64,000 bases of DNA from Chrysomallon squamiferum (Eukaryota; Animalia; Mollusca): the NCBI GenBank assembly GCA_012295275.1, contig CM022677.1, positions 21,266,001-21,330,000 of the forward strand, in the 5' to 3' direction. The position numbers and the translations under genes are program-made. Within the stretch, counting starts at the first letter, position 1. Each line of letters opens with the position of its first letter. The notes beneath the pieces were generated by a model. The model saw only the letters and a program-made list of their open reading frames with translations, was not told where the DNA came from and did not search any database. Below, piece after piece: positions 41,776-56,665 of this stretch.

Positions 41776-41870
41776 CAACAATAACGGAATACGAAACCTA
41801 TCAGTATTGTAAAACGAACAGAACACAAAAAGCTGTCAAAATCAGGTCTGAGCAAGATAAATTATCTCTC

Positions 41871-41906
<36 letters not shown>

Positions 41907-42199
41907 GTCAAAAATGTCTGTTGACGTGACTCTCGTTGTTTACACTGAGTACACATGTTTCGTTTGCATTCCAGGACAAACATAATTACTCATCCGGGAA
42001 GACTCTACCCAGAGAAAGCTGTATCAGACAGAGAGTGGTTACAAGCAGACTGGTGGTGGAACAGGATTTTACAAGGCGTGGATAAGAAGCGATAAAAAGA
42101 AGGCAGAGAGAGACTGAGAGAGATTTTTCACAAGGAGAGGTAATTTGATTTTACAAGATAAAAAACGATAAAAAAAGGTAGAACGGGAGGGAGGGAGGG

Positions 42200-42232
<33 letters not shown>

Positions 42233-42233
42233 T

Positions 42234-42353
<120 letters not shown>

Positions 42354-42422
42354 GTTAGTATGTGTTATAGACAGAGAGAGAGACAAAGGTTGGGTATGTG
42401 TATGGGGGATTGCAGTGTGTGT

Positions 42423-42484
<62 letters not shown>

Positions 42485-42488
<4 letters not shown>

Positions 42489-42897
42489 TACAGATATACA
42501 CATACGTACATACATTACACATACATACATTATACAGACGTATATAAGAATCAAAGTGTCTAGCCATTGTGTGACAACTGTTTAAATTCGTTGTGTGTGT
42601 GTGATACAGATATACACATACATACATACATTACACATCCATACATTATACAGACGTATATAAGAATCAAAGTGTCTAGCCATTGTGTGACAACTGTTTA
42701 AACTGGTTGTGTGTGTGAGTGTGTGTGTGTGAGTGTGTGTGTGTGTGAGTGTGTGTGTGTGTGTGTGTGTGAGTGTGTGTGTGAGTGTGATACAGATATA
42801 CACATACGTACATACATTACACATACGTACATTATACAGACGTATATAAGAATCAAAGTGTTTAGCTATTGTGTGAAAACTGTTTAAATTGGTTGTG
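42485..42897. repeat. Three tandem copies of a ~100-bp unit separated by variable (GT)n
   Basis: GTGATACAGATATACACATAC...AAGAATCAAAGTGTCTAGCCATTGTGTGACAACTG at about 42485, 42601 and 42787. Confidence 0.9.
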
Positions 42898-43013
42898 AAA
42901 ACGACAGAGCAGAGTGGGTAAGACACGTAAGAAAGTCACCGAGTACTGCGTATACTGTCACGTGAGTGGTTTTATATCTGTTTTATTACAGGTGTTATTA
43001 CAGGTGTTTAGGT

Positions 43014-43064
<51 letters not shown>

Positions 43065-43197
43065 CATATTCACACACATGTTTTAAGTAATATAAACGGT
43101 CATTTTTGACAAGTGGTACTTTGAAATGTGACAGTTATACAGTCTGCTACATAAATATATTTGTATGTCTTTGTGTCTGTATGTATTTTTTCTCATC

Positions 43198-43287
<90 letters not shown>

Positions 43288-44852
43288 GTCTCTCTCTCTC
43301 TCTCATGTGAACAGCTACTTACACACACACACGTATATAAATTGTTTTCTTTATAAATAATTAGTTTTACCTAATCTGTGCCTCTTTCAATAAATTATAA
43401 AACCGGCGTGTTGGGATAAGTAGATAAATTACTCTGATAGAATTAGGAACAGCCGAAAAAAAGTCAAAAAGTCATCGAGATTAAACTGATCCCCTTTCAA
43501 ACGAGAATAACCTAACGTTAGCCCTAGTCAAACGATATCAACGAGGTGTTCATTATTTCGTTATTCACAAATCTGCCTTATTCATTCCAGGTATTCACAT
43601 ATATACTACTTGTAAGCTATACCATTGTTACGTAAAACCTGTAATATATATCTCCTTGTATGTTAGTAGTTGTATCTTATCAGTCACATATTATTAATTC
43701 TATTATTATAAGTTATATAACAAGTTACATATTACTAGATGTGTATTACATACCAGGTGTATATTAGCAGTTGTATACCAGAGAGAGAAAGAAGAAAGAC
43801 TGACCTAGATGAGGAGATGGAAACTAATAATAACATTTTTTTTTTTTTTTATAATCAACAACAACAAACAATATAGAAAAGAAAAAAGAAAAAAAATGTA
43901 TAATTTTATATTATTTTTTTATATATGAATCGTTGATCCCAATAAGGGCCTCACGCAATCATGACAAGTATAAAGTACACTTGAGAATGACGCAGAAAGC
44001 GGTTATTAAGTGAAAAAAAAAAAAAGTAAGCGTACGAAAAATCTGTGTTCGGAAATAAGAAATAACTTTTCATCAAATTATTTTATTTTTTATGTTATTG
44101 TTTCTTTGTTGTTGTTGTTGTTTTTTTTTTTTATTTTTATTTTTTTTTTTTATTTTTATTTTTTTTTTTTTTTTTTATTTTACGCATTTACTTGTACGGT
44201 ATCGGTTTAATAGCGAAATTTTGTTCAACCATATTACTTTACGGTATCGGAAATTTAGCGATTTATCATTATTAACATAAAACACGACACAAGCATCAAA
44301 AACGTTAAAAAAAAAAAAAAAAAAAAAAAAATAAGAATAATAAACAAAAAAAGGTAATTAATTATACGTTAGCCGTATTGAAAGCATATCTAACTGTTTC
44401 AGTGTAAAACTAACGTTTACGGTTTCGGGTGAAACTGTTCTAAACGACGCTGACTTCCAACACGACGAGATCGCGTTTTGCAGGGTAATTCTTGAAAACA
44501 CAGTCTGCGATGATGCGATAACGCACATATTATGGCGGTTTGTTCAGACAATACGGTTTCGGATGAATAACGGCATTGTTTCGTTGGGGTTTTTTGTATT
44601 TATATAAAGTTATACGGTGTCGGATCAATAGCGAAGTTCATGTAAGGTTACTCGTTTTTCCGATTAACACTGGATATGATCTGGCGTCACGTTTGGACTT
44701 CATCAGAAACGGCGCATGCGTGATAACAAACGGAATATTTATGTGTGTGTGTATGTAAATTATATACATCTATGTGTGTGTGTGTGTTGGGCTGTTGTTG
44801 TTTTTTGAATATATGTATATATGATTTCTTTTTAAACATTTCTGTCCTCCTA

Positions 44853-44941
<89 letters not shown>

Positions 44942-45009
44942 TGTCTGTCTATCTGTCTATCTGTCTCTATCTCTCTCTCTCTCTCTCTCTGTCTCTGTCT
45001 ATCTGTCTA

Positions 45010-45085
<76 letters not shown>

Positions 45086-45559
45086 GTTTATATATATAAA
45101 GATCTTACGTAAAACCTATTTTCGGTTCTCTACCAATTATCGTCAGCTAAAAAGCCACACATCGGGTTTTTAGAAAGTGATACTGAATTTGAAAGTCGGT
45201 TATCGGATTGATTGCAGATATGTAGAACTTGAACGTCTGTTTCGGACACATAGCAAAAAAACCTGTTGTCGGACCTATAGCAAATTTTGAAACCAGTCGT
45301 TACATATATAGCAAATTATACAGATATAAAAATATATATATAGCAAATTCTTACACAGTCGTTACCGGATGCATAGCAACACTTTTACGCTACAAGTCCA
45401 ATTGTTGTATTTATACATACTTCAGTGTTGTGTGATCCGGCTGTAGGACCTATAGCGAGACTTTACAATCATAGGGCCAGATACAGTATACATTATACTG
45501 TATGCTTGTCGAGAGAGCTGTATTGTACAAACACGCTTATACAGAACAGCCGAGTTCAG

Positions 45560-45966
45560 GGCACGTTACCGGATACATAGCCGTTTTTGTTCCGCGCATA
45601 ATAGACTGACACTATTAAAATCGCTTTCGACAGTAAACAGAGTCGGCGGTTTTGTTCGCAAGGGCAGAAAGAGTCGACAGTGTAGTAGTCGAAGACAAAA
45701 CAACAACAGACACGCACAGTGACAGACGTCATACACAGCAGGGACGACGTGTTTGGGGTGAAGGGAAATCACGTGCAGTGTGCGAGGTGTTTTTCTTAGT
45801 TTGTTTTTCTCGCAGTTTCGTTAGTGGACTGGGTTTTTATTATTATTATTATTAATTTTACGACGTTTTAGCGATTTCGAGTGAAACGAAAGCTTCGAGT
45901 TAATTCTGAGGATATTTTCTACGTGTTTGTGTTAAAACAGGGAATCAGACGCTATAATCCTTAAAG
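45560..45966 (+). promoter_or_regulatory. Candidate CpG-rich promoter or non-coding first exon of the 50.8-kb gene
   Basis: Local CpG enrichment ending at a strong donor AAG|gtatgt (45966). Confidence 0.35.
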
Positions 45967-46118
45967 GTATGTATGGGGATTTTTTTTTTTTTTCTTCTTT
46001 TTTTTTTTTGACGGGGTTGTTTGGTTTTGTTTTTGTTATTTTGTTGTTTTTTTGTTTAATTTTCCCAGTAAAATTTGTATTTTTTTTAAATTATTATTAT
46101 TTGTGTATGTACGTCTGA

Positions 46119-46149
<31 letters not shown>

Positions 46150-46814
46150 CATGTTAATGTATGTAGGCGTATGTGCTTTGGGTATGTTTATGAATGCATG
46201 TAAGCCTGTGTTTTACGAGTGTGCGTATGTGTGTATGTGTTCATACATGTGTGTGTACGTATACATATATCTACGTATGTGTATCTGTTTCTATGTATGT
46301 ATGTGAATGTTAGTGTGTCTGTTTTAAATATACATACATACATACATACATAGGCTTACATACATACACACACGTACATACATAATAGATGTTTGTGAAT
46401 GTGCCTGTATATCCATAGACCACATTTATATAAAGTAAGTACCTGACAGACTGAATTTATTAATACAGTTTTTGTGTTGACGTAATAGGTAAAAACAATT
46501 TTATATTTTCAGTGTTTCTTTTTTTGTCTTTTTATTTTGTCTTTTTATTTTTATTTATTTTTTTGTTGTTGTTTTTTTTCTCCCGATTTAATTTGTGTTC
46601 CTTTTATGGAAATAAGAAATTTGGAACCTAGAATTGTTTTTTAGCCATAGACACAGAGAAAACAACACACATATATGCACAAACACCCACACACGTACAC
46701 ACACACACACACGCGTACTCACACTGGTACACTCAGTTTCATATAGGTACTACTGAATACAGTTATAAATTAAATATATTATTATTACAACTGCTACTAC
46801 TACTACTACTACTA

Positions 46815-46846
<32 letters not shown>

Positions 46847-47453
46847 GCAACTACTACTAATTTTGCTTTATGCTATGGTTCTCTGTTTACAACGAATTAC
46901 TAGTCATCAAAAGAACAAATTTAGCAAGAAATCCACCTTCTCGTAAACAGCAAAACGCACGACGCAGTTTTTGTTCTCAACAAGTCATGTCGCCCTGGTT
47001 GTAGTTGGAATGTGCGCTTGTCGACCTCCGTCGAGAATTGAACCGTTGACCCTTCGCACCACACGCTAACACTGATCTTGTCTTCCGTAATAAAAATCCC
47101 AGAGTGTGACGTAATTAATTAAAAAAAAAATAATAAAAAGAAAATACTGTTATCTATACGAATGATCTAACAATATTGGCTGTGACATCAAACGTTATAA
47201 ATATCTTTTTTCTTTTTATTGGTTATTCTTATTTCTTTTTTTTTTTTTTTTTTTTCTTTTTCTTTTTTTTCTTCTTCTTTTATCTTTATTATTATTATTT
47301 TTTTTTATTCTATTTTCTTTATTTAATTCAAGTTCAATTACATATACGAACGCTTAAAAAATTTGTGAATAAAGGGTGATATTGTTAAAAAAAAAAAAAA
47401 AAAAACACAATGGGTAATTAAGTACAATAGATTATATTTATTTATTTATTGAT

Positions 47454-47496
<43 letters not shown>

Positions 47497-47992
47497 TTTT
47501 AAATTAATTTCTAAACAGGAATTTTTGTTCAGTTATGGCGGTTGGTATAGTGATATTATCTATATGACTGATTTTACTCTTTTTAACAGCTACGAATAGA
47601 CAGGTTAATTTTACATTATAAATCATGTTTATTTTTATCACATTAACACAGAAGCGAATCAGAACTACACAAAAGATTGGGAGTCATCTTTTCGGTTATA
47701 CGATCATTTTTACTACAGCAAAAACGTAATTTATACACTCTCACAGGCGCAGATCCAAAACTTTTTTAAAAGAGGTGGTAACTTGTCATTCATTTAATAT
47801 TACTACGATCATTTCAATTCAGCTAAATCATACAAAATCTGAAATTGTTCGTTAACACAAGGGGCCAATCCACAGTTTTTCAGAATGGAATTGGTATCTG
47901 ACATATTTATTATTATGTTTTTGATCTGATTAGTTTAATACAGCTAAGTCACAAATAATGATTATTAAGGAATTGCATACAGAGATATAGCT

Positions 47993-48044
<52 letters not shown>

Positions 48045-48755
48045 ACGTACACAACGAACATACACACTCAGACACACACACACCGACAAACATAGCAAAA
48101 TTACAAATCTAAACTGTAACGTGAGACCAGACAAGAAAGCTAAGAGTCAGAAAACGGTGTATGACGGATTGTAATTAATTACGTGCTTTTCTAAGCCTGC
48201 GTGACAAAACCCATTTATCCATTCACTTTTATTCTTTCCATAAAATAAATTAAACGAATTTTACAAATACGAGGAATTTCAAGCTGTTATTATTTTTTTT
48301 TTCCCCTTTTTCTTTTCTGGTTTTTTTTTTTTTTTTTTTCTTTTTTCTTTACAGGGATTAAGGAAGGAAGTTCGGTACATTCATCTTTTATTTTTATTTT
48401 TTTTTATTTTGTTTAGTAAAATGTCAAAGAAAATCTTTTATTTATGACTCCTTATAATCTTCCTAATCCTATCAAGTTATGACGGACAAGGTTTACAAAA
48501 TATAAAAATAAATAACTTCAGAATAAAGTGCACTAGAAAAATAAGACGTCCTCACACGTGCATTTACATACATATGTGTGGATATGCATATACATACTTA
48601 CATACAGACAGACACCCAGACAGGAGACACTCCATCTTACATATGTAGTTATATACAATTAAACAAACACATATATACTAAATTACATGTAAATTGTGTG
48701 TGTGTGTGTGTATATATATATACATTCATATATAATATATGTGTATGTGTTTATT

Positions 48756-48793
<38 letters not shown>

Positions 48794-48913
48794 GACACAT
48801 GTATACTATACAAACACTTAATATTCGGGGATATAAATTAGCCTATGCTCTATCTCTCTGTCTGTCTGTCTGTCTAATTGTCTATACAACCACACACATA
48901 TATAGATAGATAG

Positions 48914-49030
<117 letters not shown>

Positions 49031-49073
49031 CAGACGATAGATAGATAGATATATAGATAAATACATAGGTAGG

Positions 49074-49161
<88 letters not shown>

Positions 49162-49232
49162 CAGATAGATTCACTTTCATATGAAATGCAAACCTGACAC
49201 ACAACAGACATCGATCATTCATTTTTTTTTAT

Positions 49233-49264
<32 letters not shown>

Positions 49265-49872
49265 CAGTTTAAAACATTATTAATACTACAAACACACGTC
49301 ACGTGTCAGATCTTAAACTGTCACGTGACCCCTGGCGCCGCTGTTGTTAATAAAACACGAAAGTGATATTTGGAATATATTATAAATGTCAAAAAAAAAA
49401 ACGTCACTGTGTGTGTGTTACCGCAGACTGTTTATCAACGGAAAGGTAATAACGTCATAAATACGAATGATAACGGGTACGTCGGTTTCAAATTGATTGA
49501 TACGGTTCATTACGAGTAATATACACGGTTTCGTTTGACAGTCGTATGGTAAATACGTTTTTAAATGTCGGGTTTGGGTTGAGATGACGGGATTTTTTGT
49601 GACAGATGGGCGTTATTTCTCAGGGTTCTGAATTTTCGTAATACTTCTCTTTAAAAAAAGAAAAATCCTATTTTTAAAAAAAACGTAATATTTCTTAGAT
49701 AATATTTAACGTTTTTTTTTTTTTTACTTGACTTGAAATGTATGTACGTTGTTGCAGGTGAGAAAGTAAGTGTTATTGACTGTAAAATTGTTTGTTTATT
49801 TGTTTAGTTAGTTAGTTAGTTAGTTGTATATTTATTATTTAGTTATTTTAGTTAGTATCTTTATTATCATTA

Positions 49873-49923
<51 letters not shown>

Positions 49924-50567
49924 TAGACAGACAGACATATAGATAAATAGATAGATTTACTGTTCAGTGATTTATCAGCTATTTTGCAAAATCGCTTTCA
50001 CGGAACATAATAAATAACACAAAACAAATTCTTAATCCTTTTTTTCTTTTCTTTTTTTCTCTGTCTTCTTTTTATTGATTTATTTTCTACTGATTGTGTG
50101 CACATATATGAATATATATTGATCATAAATGACACTATGGACTACAGCGTATATTGAAATAAGCACCGTATCAGTTAGGCGTTACCTAGGTTCTCGGTAA
50201 ACAAACGGAGGAATTTAAGTAAAACATACAATCATGGCGTAGGTTCGACTTCGCCATTGAAACGGAGAAAATAATATATTGTTTTGTTATTTATTTATTT
50301 ATTTATTTGTTCTTTGTTAGTAACAGTAGTGGTAGTATATGTGTGAGTCTGTGTATTATGTACTCACTGATTCGTTCGTTTATTTACGTTTCTGTATTCT
50401 TTTTGTTCTGTGTTCTTTCTTTTCGCCTTGTAGACGTGTATTTGAGTAAGTTAACTCTACACACATACGCACATACACTAAACGAAAAAGGAAGAAAAGA
50501 AAGAAAGACGTAAAGAAATACAACAGAAGAGAAAGAAGAAAGGAGAGAGAGAGAGAGAGAGAGAGTT

Positions 50568-50623
<56 letters not shown>

Positions 50624-50681
50624 TAGATAATAATCAGAGATATGTCTGAACGACTTAAAAACGCTTTTTTCTTCTTTTTAC

Positions 50682-50720
<39 letters not shown>

Positions 50721-50794
50721 CATTTACTGGCAGGTATGAAACACGCGGGTTTGTGAAAACTAAGTTCTCAGCGACAGTTCAGTGAATTCTCAAA

Positions 50795-50939
50795 ATGCCG
50801 GCAGAAAAACACGACCACGAGCACCGGAAGAAGGAGACGTCTGCCAATCAGGTGACGTCACGATACAGACGTCAGAGCGAGCACAGAGAACGGAAAGCAG
50901 ACGTCAGAAAACCCAGTGACGTCAGAGACAACGTACCAG
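50795..50939 (+). CDS. Unidentified gene, first coding exon (MPAEKHDHEHRKKE...DNVP)
   Basis: CAAAATG start context, open frame, phase-1 donor CAG|gtaaaa. Confidence 0.7.
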
Positions 50940-51106
50940 GTAAAAATCAGTTAATATTCATATTACACTGAGTCAGTACGTTTCACTTTTAGTATCATCA
51001 TCATCATCACCACCATCATCATCATCATCATTATTATTATTATCATCATCGTCGTCATCATTCTTGTTACTTTTCATTTTTGTTTCTCTTCTCTTTCTGT
51101 TCCAAG

Positions 51107-51643
51107 ACAACCAACAGACGACCGAACAAGACAACAACAGCAACACCGTCGTTCATCTACAAAACGGCGACGAACACGTCATCCTGGCGACAGCGGGCGA
51201 CAGCCGACCTGAATCCGCGACCGACAACCCTCCCACGAACAGGAAAACACGCGACGAAGACGTAAACCAAGCAGACGTAAACCGCCCAGCCTCCGGCACG
51301 CCAACGTCGTCAACAGCATCGTCAACGCCGGCGCGAACCCCGTCGCCGATCGATCTTCCCAACTACAGCGTCGACCGCCACGACAGCTTCGACCTCAAGT
51401 CGTTCAACTCGAGCATCAGCGACTTCGTTGAGCTGTTTTCCGACCCGAGGTACCAGGACGTTGACGACGACTACCCCGTCGACGACCTCGTCTCCGTCGT
51501 CTCCAACGTGTCGGCGTCCATCGACCTCTTCAAGTCGTACACGGAGCAGTCGCAGCGACACCTGGAGGAGCTGCGAGTGAAGATGAAGACGGTGAAGGAA
51601 AACATCCACCTGAGCGTCACACGAAAAGCGTTTCAGATCCGAG
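51107..51643 (+). CDS. Unidentified gene, second coding exon (disordered region, helical/coiled-coil segment); continuation not located
   Basis: GC-rich ORF 51064-51651, pyrimidine tract plus aag acceptor, in phase with the previous exon. Donor GAG|gtgagt. Confidence 0.82.
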
Positions 51644-52025
51644 GTGAGTGACTCTGTCTTGTGAGCGAGTCTGTCTGTCTTGTGAGTGAGTCTGTCTTGT
51701 GAGTCTGTCTGTCTTGTGAGTAAGTATGTCTGTCTTGTGAGTAAGTCTGTCTGTCTTGTGAGTAAGTCTGTCTGTCTTGTGAGTGAGTCTGTCTTGTGAG
51801 TAAGTCTGTCTGTCTTGTGAGTATGTCTGTCTTGTGAGTGAGTCTGTCTGTCTTGTGAGTAAGTCTGTCTGTCTTGTGAGTGAGTCTGTCTTGTGAGTAA
51901 GTCTGTCAGTCTTGTGAGTAAGTATGTCAGTAAGTGTGTCTTGTAAGTAAGTCTGTCTGTCAGTAAGTGTGTCTTTTGAGTAAGTGTGTCTTGTGAGTAA
52001 GTCTGTCTGTCAGTAAGTCTGTCTT
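51644..52025 (+). repeat. Minisatellite of ~13-21 bp units (TGTCTTGTGAGTAAGTC) starting at the splice donor
   Basis: Seen directly, about 20 units. Confidence 0.9.
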
Positions 52026-52601
52026 CCTAGTATGTTTGTGTGTCTCTATATGTGCGTATGTTCATCTGAATGTATAATAATAATAATAATATTATTTATT
52101 ATCATTATTTATTTTTTCTAAATAATATTTGGTTTTGGAAACAATTCTTTGTGTCACGTCTCTGTTTTTTTATAACATCAGTATTATGTATGCTTCACGG
52201 ATATTGGTTCAAAGATTGGTTCCGCATCTCTCTCTCTCTCTCTCTCTGACTGAATATTTCGATATGTTTAACTGTTGATTTATATCAACCTATTTATCTA
52301 TCTGTCTTTATCGGTCTTTCTTTCTCTCACTCTATCTGTCTCTATCTGTCTCTCCCATTCATATCCTAAATCGTAACGAACTGCTATCTCCTGATTTACG
52401 GCTTTGAACTCGTTTCCAGCTACTCGAAGCTTTTATTGTTTTATTTTTTTTCTGTTTTCTCTGGAATCTTTTTCTTTTTTCTTGTCTTTTCTCTTTCTTT
52501 CTTTTTTTATAACCCTTGGTGTCTTTGTAGTCCTCAATGCCTGTATATTGACTTTATAATATATTTTTATCCATCCATTTATCTACAAACACGCGCGCTC
52601 A

Positions 52602-52650
<49 letters not shown>

Positions 52651-53646
52651 CTCGCCGCTACTAATTACCTTCGGTTTAATAAATTAGAATGCCCTGTCAC
52701 ATTAATTTATTTTTCATTATCCCATCAGAAAACTAAATATGCCTTTAGCCCGTGATGCATAAAATGACGCAATATTTCAGACATAAAAAGAAAAAAACAT
52801 CTATATTAATGACTTTGTTATAAGAGATAATGTTATATTTGATGACGTCATAACACTATTTTGAGGGCATTACAGGTTCAGTTGTTTTGTAAATATGGAA
52901 TTGGCAATTCACGATTCCAGTTGTTACAGGTCAAATGTGGAAGGGTTGAGGTGTTTTATGAAAGTGCATTTGCATTGTCATTCATTACTAGGAGCGATTA
53001 TAGGTCAAAAAAATAACTGTAATAATAAAATGTAAATAATTTTACAAGATGATTTATTCAAACCGCCGAACGTAGGCTTCGACCTTTGTGTATTTTATAG
53101 ATTACTCTTTCTCAGCTAAAATTAATGTTTGTATGTGTGTACGTATTTACAGACCGACGGACAGACAGATAGACAGATACTCTGACTGATTGACTGGTTG
53201 ATGAAGAGAGATACAAATATGCAAACATACAGACATAAATACATACATACGTACATGCATGCATACATGCATATATATATACATGTATATATAAAGAGAC
53301 AGATAGATAAACAGATAAACGCATAGGTGAGCTAATAGACAAAGAGAGATATAGAGAGACAGATAAATAAAACGTTTTTGTATAAATTCCTTTTCTTATT
53401 AATTTTCTCAATTTCTTTATTTATCTTGTATTTTAATTCAGAAAGTTCAGAAAGATTTATTAAATAAATTATTCATTGTTTCTTTCAGGCATTGTTATTT
53501 AATTTTCTTTTTTAAATTTTCAGTTATTGATTTCTTTTGTTTCTACTGTGTTTTATGGTTTCGTTCTGTCGTTATTATTTAAAATGTGTGTACGTGTATA
53601 TATGTAATGTGTGTGTGTGTGTGTTAATTTACGTCTTCTACAGCGG

Positions 53647-53868
<222 letters not shown>

Positions 53869-54257
53869 CCAGTTTAAAACAACCTACGCAGCAATCGCTA
53901 AAACAAAACAAATAAAATTTCTTGTACACTAAAACTTTCGCTGTAATTGAATTCAGCAAAGCCAGCTATTGTTTTGTTTACGTGTCGCTATGGCGACTGA
54001 CGACACAATGGGCGTTGTTATCTTGTTAAATTGGGTGAAAGGAAATCTTATCGGACGAGTGATTGTTCACGTTAGACTGCCGGCTCAGTGCAAACTGACT
54101 CGCCTTACAAAAGCGATAATCGCAGACGTAGGAATGGCGTTGTTTCCACAACAATGGTTCGAAGACGTCGTCATGCTCAGTGAATCCCACATCCTGACTA
54201 AATACCTGTTTGCCATTGTTGTCGTCGTCGTCGTCGTTGTTGTTGTTGTTGTTATTA

Positions 54258-54315
<58 letters not shown>

Positions 54316-54388
54316 GTTATTGTTGTTATTATTAGTAACGTATCATCATCATCACTGTTATTATCTGTGTTTTCGGTTAAGGTTATGG

Positions 54389-54493
<105 letters not shown>

Positions 54494-55984
54494 TTCTCTC
54501 ACTCACTCTCTCCGTTTCTCCACGCCATTCCCTTTCTTTACCCATCTCACGCTTCAACCTGAATTTCGATTCTCTCTTTAATAAAACAACATCTTAGACC
54601 ACACACCCATCCCCACCCATTTTTAAACTCTCCCTCACCCTTCCACATCCCTCCACCCAAACCCCTCACATCGTTAAAAAAAACGTGTGGGTACGGGTCT
54701 CGTAACATGAACCTTAACTATCAGCTTCAACTTACTAGTAATGAACCCAAGACGAAGTATACACGAACTCCAAAAATATTTTCTTTTATTTGTCGTGTCA
54801 TAATTGATTTGAAAGGTTCTACGTAGATCAGATTTCTCGCTTTGTGTGTTCATGTTTGTCTTTCTGTTAAGTTCTGACAACCCTTGGTCAATGCACAACA
54901 CGTAATGTAATGAATTTTGAAGAGCTGGAGCGGTAGGGTACATTAACTGAATGCGTGAATAGAGAATTATTATCTTCTTTTCTTTTTCTTTTTTAAATAC
55001 ATTGACACTTGCATACCTTTGATAGAAAACTCAGAACAGTGTTTACTGAGTTTGGTTAAGGTGTTGTGTGTCAGTGCTCGAATGTAACACTGTGCTTTGA
55101 AAGATCGGTGCTTTGTAATAAACCTTTCAGTGGTTAAACTGTTCAGGTGTTTGTTTTTAACACAGTTTATAGAACACTTTGTGTAAGAATATGTGTAAAC
55201 TGACACACGTACATACAACTATGTACGTCCAGAAGTGTAACGTAATTTTATTTATTTTATTTTATTTTATTTTATTTTTTACTTTTGCTTTTATTTTGTT
55301 TATGTTTGTATATTTATATATATAGGAAGGTGTGTGTGTGCGTTTGTGTATTATGAATGTATATTTGTATGCATGTATGTGTGTGTTTGTGCATTTATGT
55401 GTTTATATGTGTGTGTGTGTTACACACATACATACATTTACATATAATCCTTATATGTGGGTGTGAAAGAGAAAGAGAGAGTTAGCCTATCTAAGTGGGT
55501 GTGAGTACGTGCGTGCCTGTGTATAATATTACAATCATTCTGATGATCATTTTCACGTCAAAAACTCATTCATCTAGATCCGAAACACAACAAACTTTCT
55601 TATGTTAAGCGCCAGATCAGATTTACGTCGACTGAACACAGACGTGTTTAGATTTTATCAAACTGTTTTGCGATTCCCTCGAAAAAAACGACTGATTTCA
55701 TTTCAGCGTAAATGAAGCGTAAACGACCCATTTAAGTTTTTTTCTTTTCAATCTTTCTTTTTCTTTTTCTTTTTTTTTTTTTTTTTTTTGTTTATTTATT
55801 TTTATACTTTTTTTACTTTTTTTTTTTTTTTTTTTTTTCATTTTTTTTTTCTTTGACGTTATGACAGTTATTTTTCCTTTTTTTTACTTATTTTTCTTTA
55901 TCAATAAATTTTTTTTTTTTTTTTTTATTCCCAGTTACTGTCAAATTGAGGTAATTTTGAGTGCAGTTTTAATATGCGCAAATC

Positions 55985-56020
<36 letters not shown>

Positions 56021-56279
56021 CGTCATCATCATTATTCTTTTTTCTCTGTTATTGTGAAATTCAAATTTTATGTACAGTTGAGTACAATTTGAATGCTAAC
56101 ATCTGGGTTTTTTAATTAGTATTGTTGTTGTTGTTACTGTTGTTGTTATTCTACTGCTATTTCATTATTATTGTTGTTATTGTTTCTGTGTTTCTATTCA
56201 CATTGTAATAAAACAAACGAGAATAATCTTCTTTTTTTCTTTTTTTTTTTTTCTTTCTTTTTTATAAAAGAGACACAGA

Positions 56280-56376
<97 letters not shown>

Positions 56377-56541
56377 TTATTTTTATTTTATTTTATTTTA
56401 TTTTATTTTATTTTTTTTTATTTGTTAGTGGTTGTGAGTAAAAATTACCTTAACAGACTGCATCAATTGTTGAGTGGTAACGGTCTAACCGCATTGTTGT
56501 AATTTTTTCAGATTTTTATTTATTTACTTATTTATTTATTT

Positions 56542-56665
<124 letters not shown>

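Noticed and set aside
53969-54210. Non-repetitive ORF start MATDDTMGVVILLNW...
   Set aside because: It runs into microsatellite, with no convincing splice boundaries or domain pattern.
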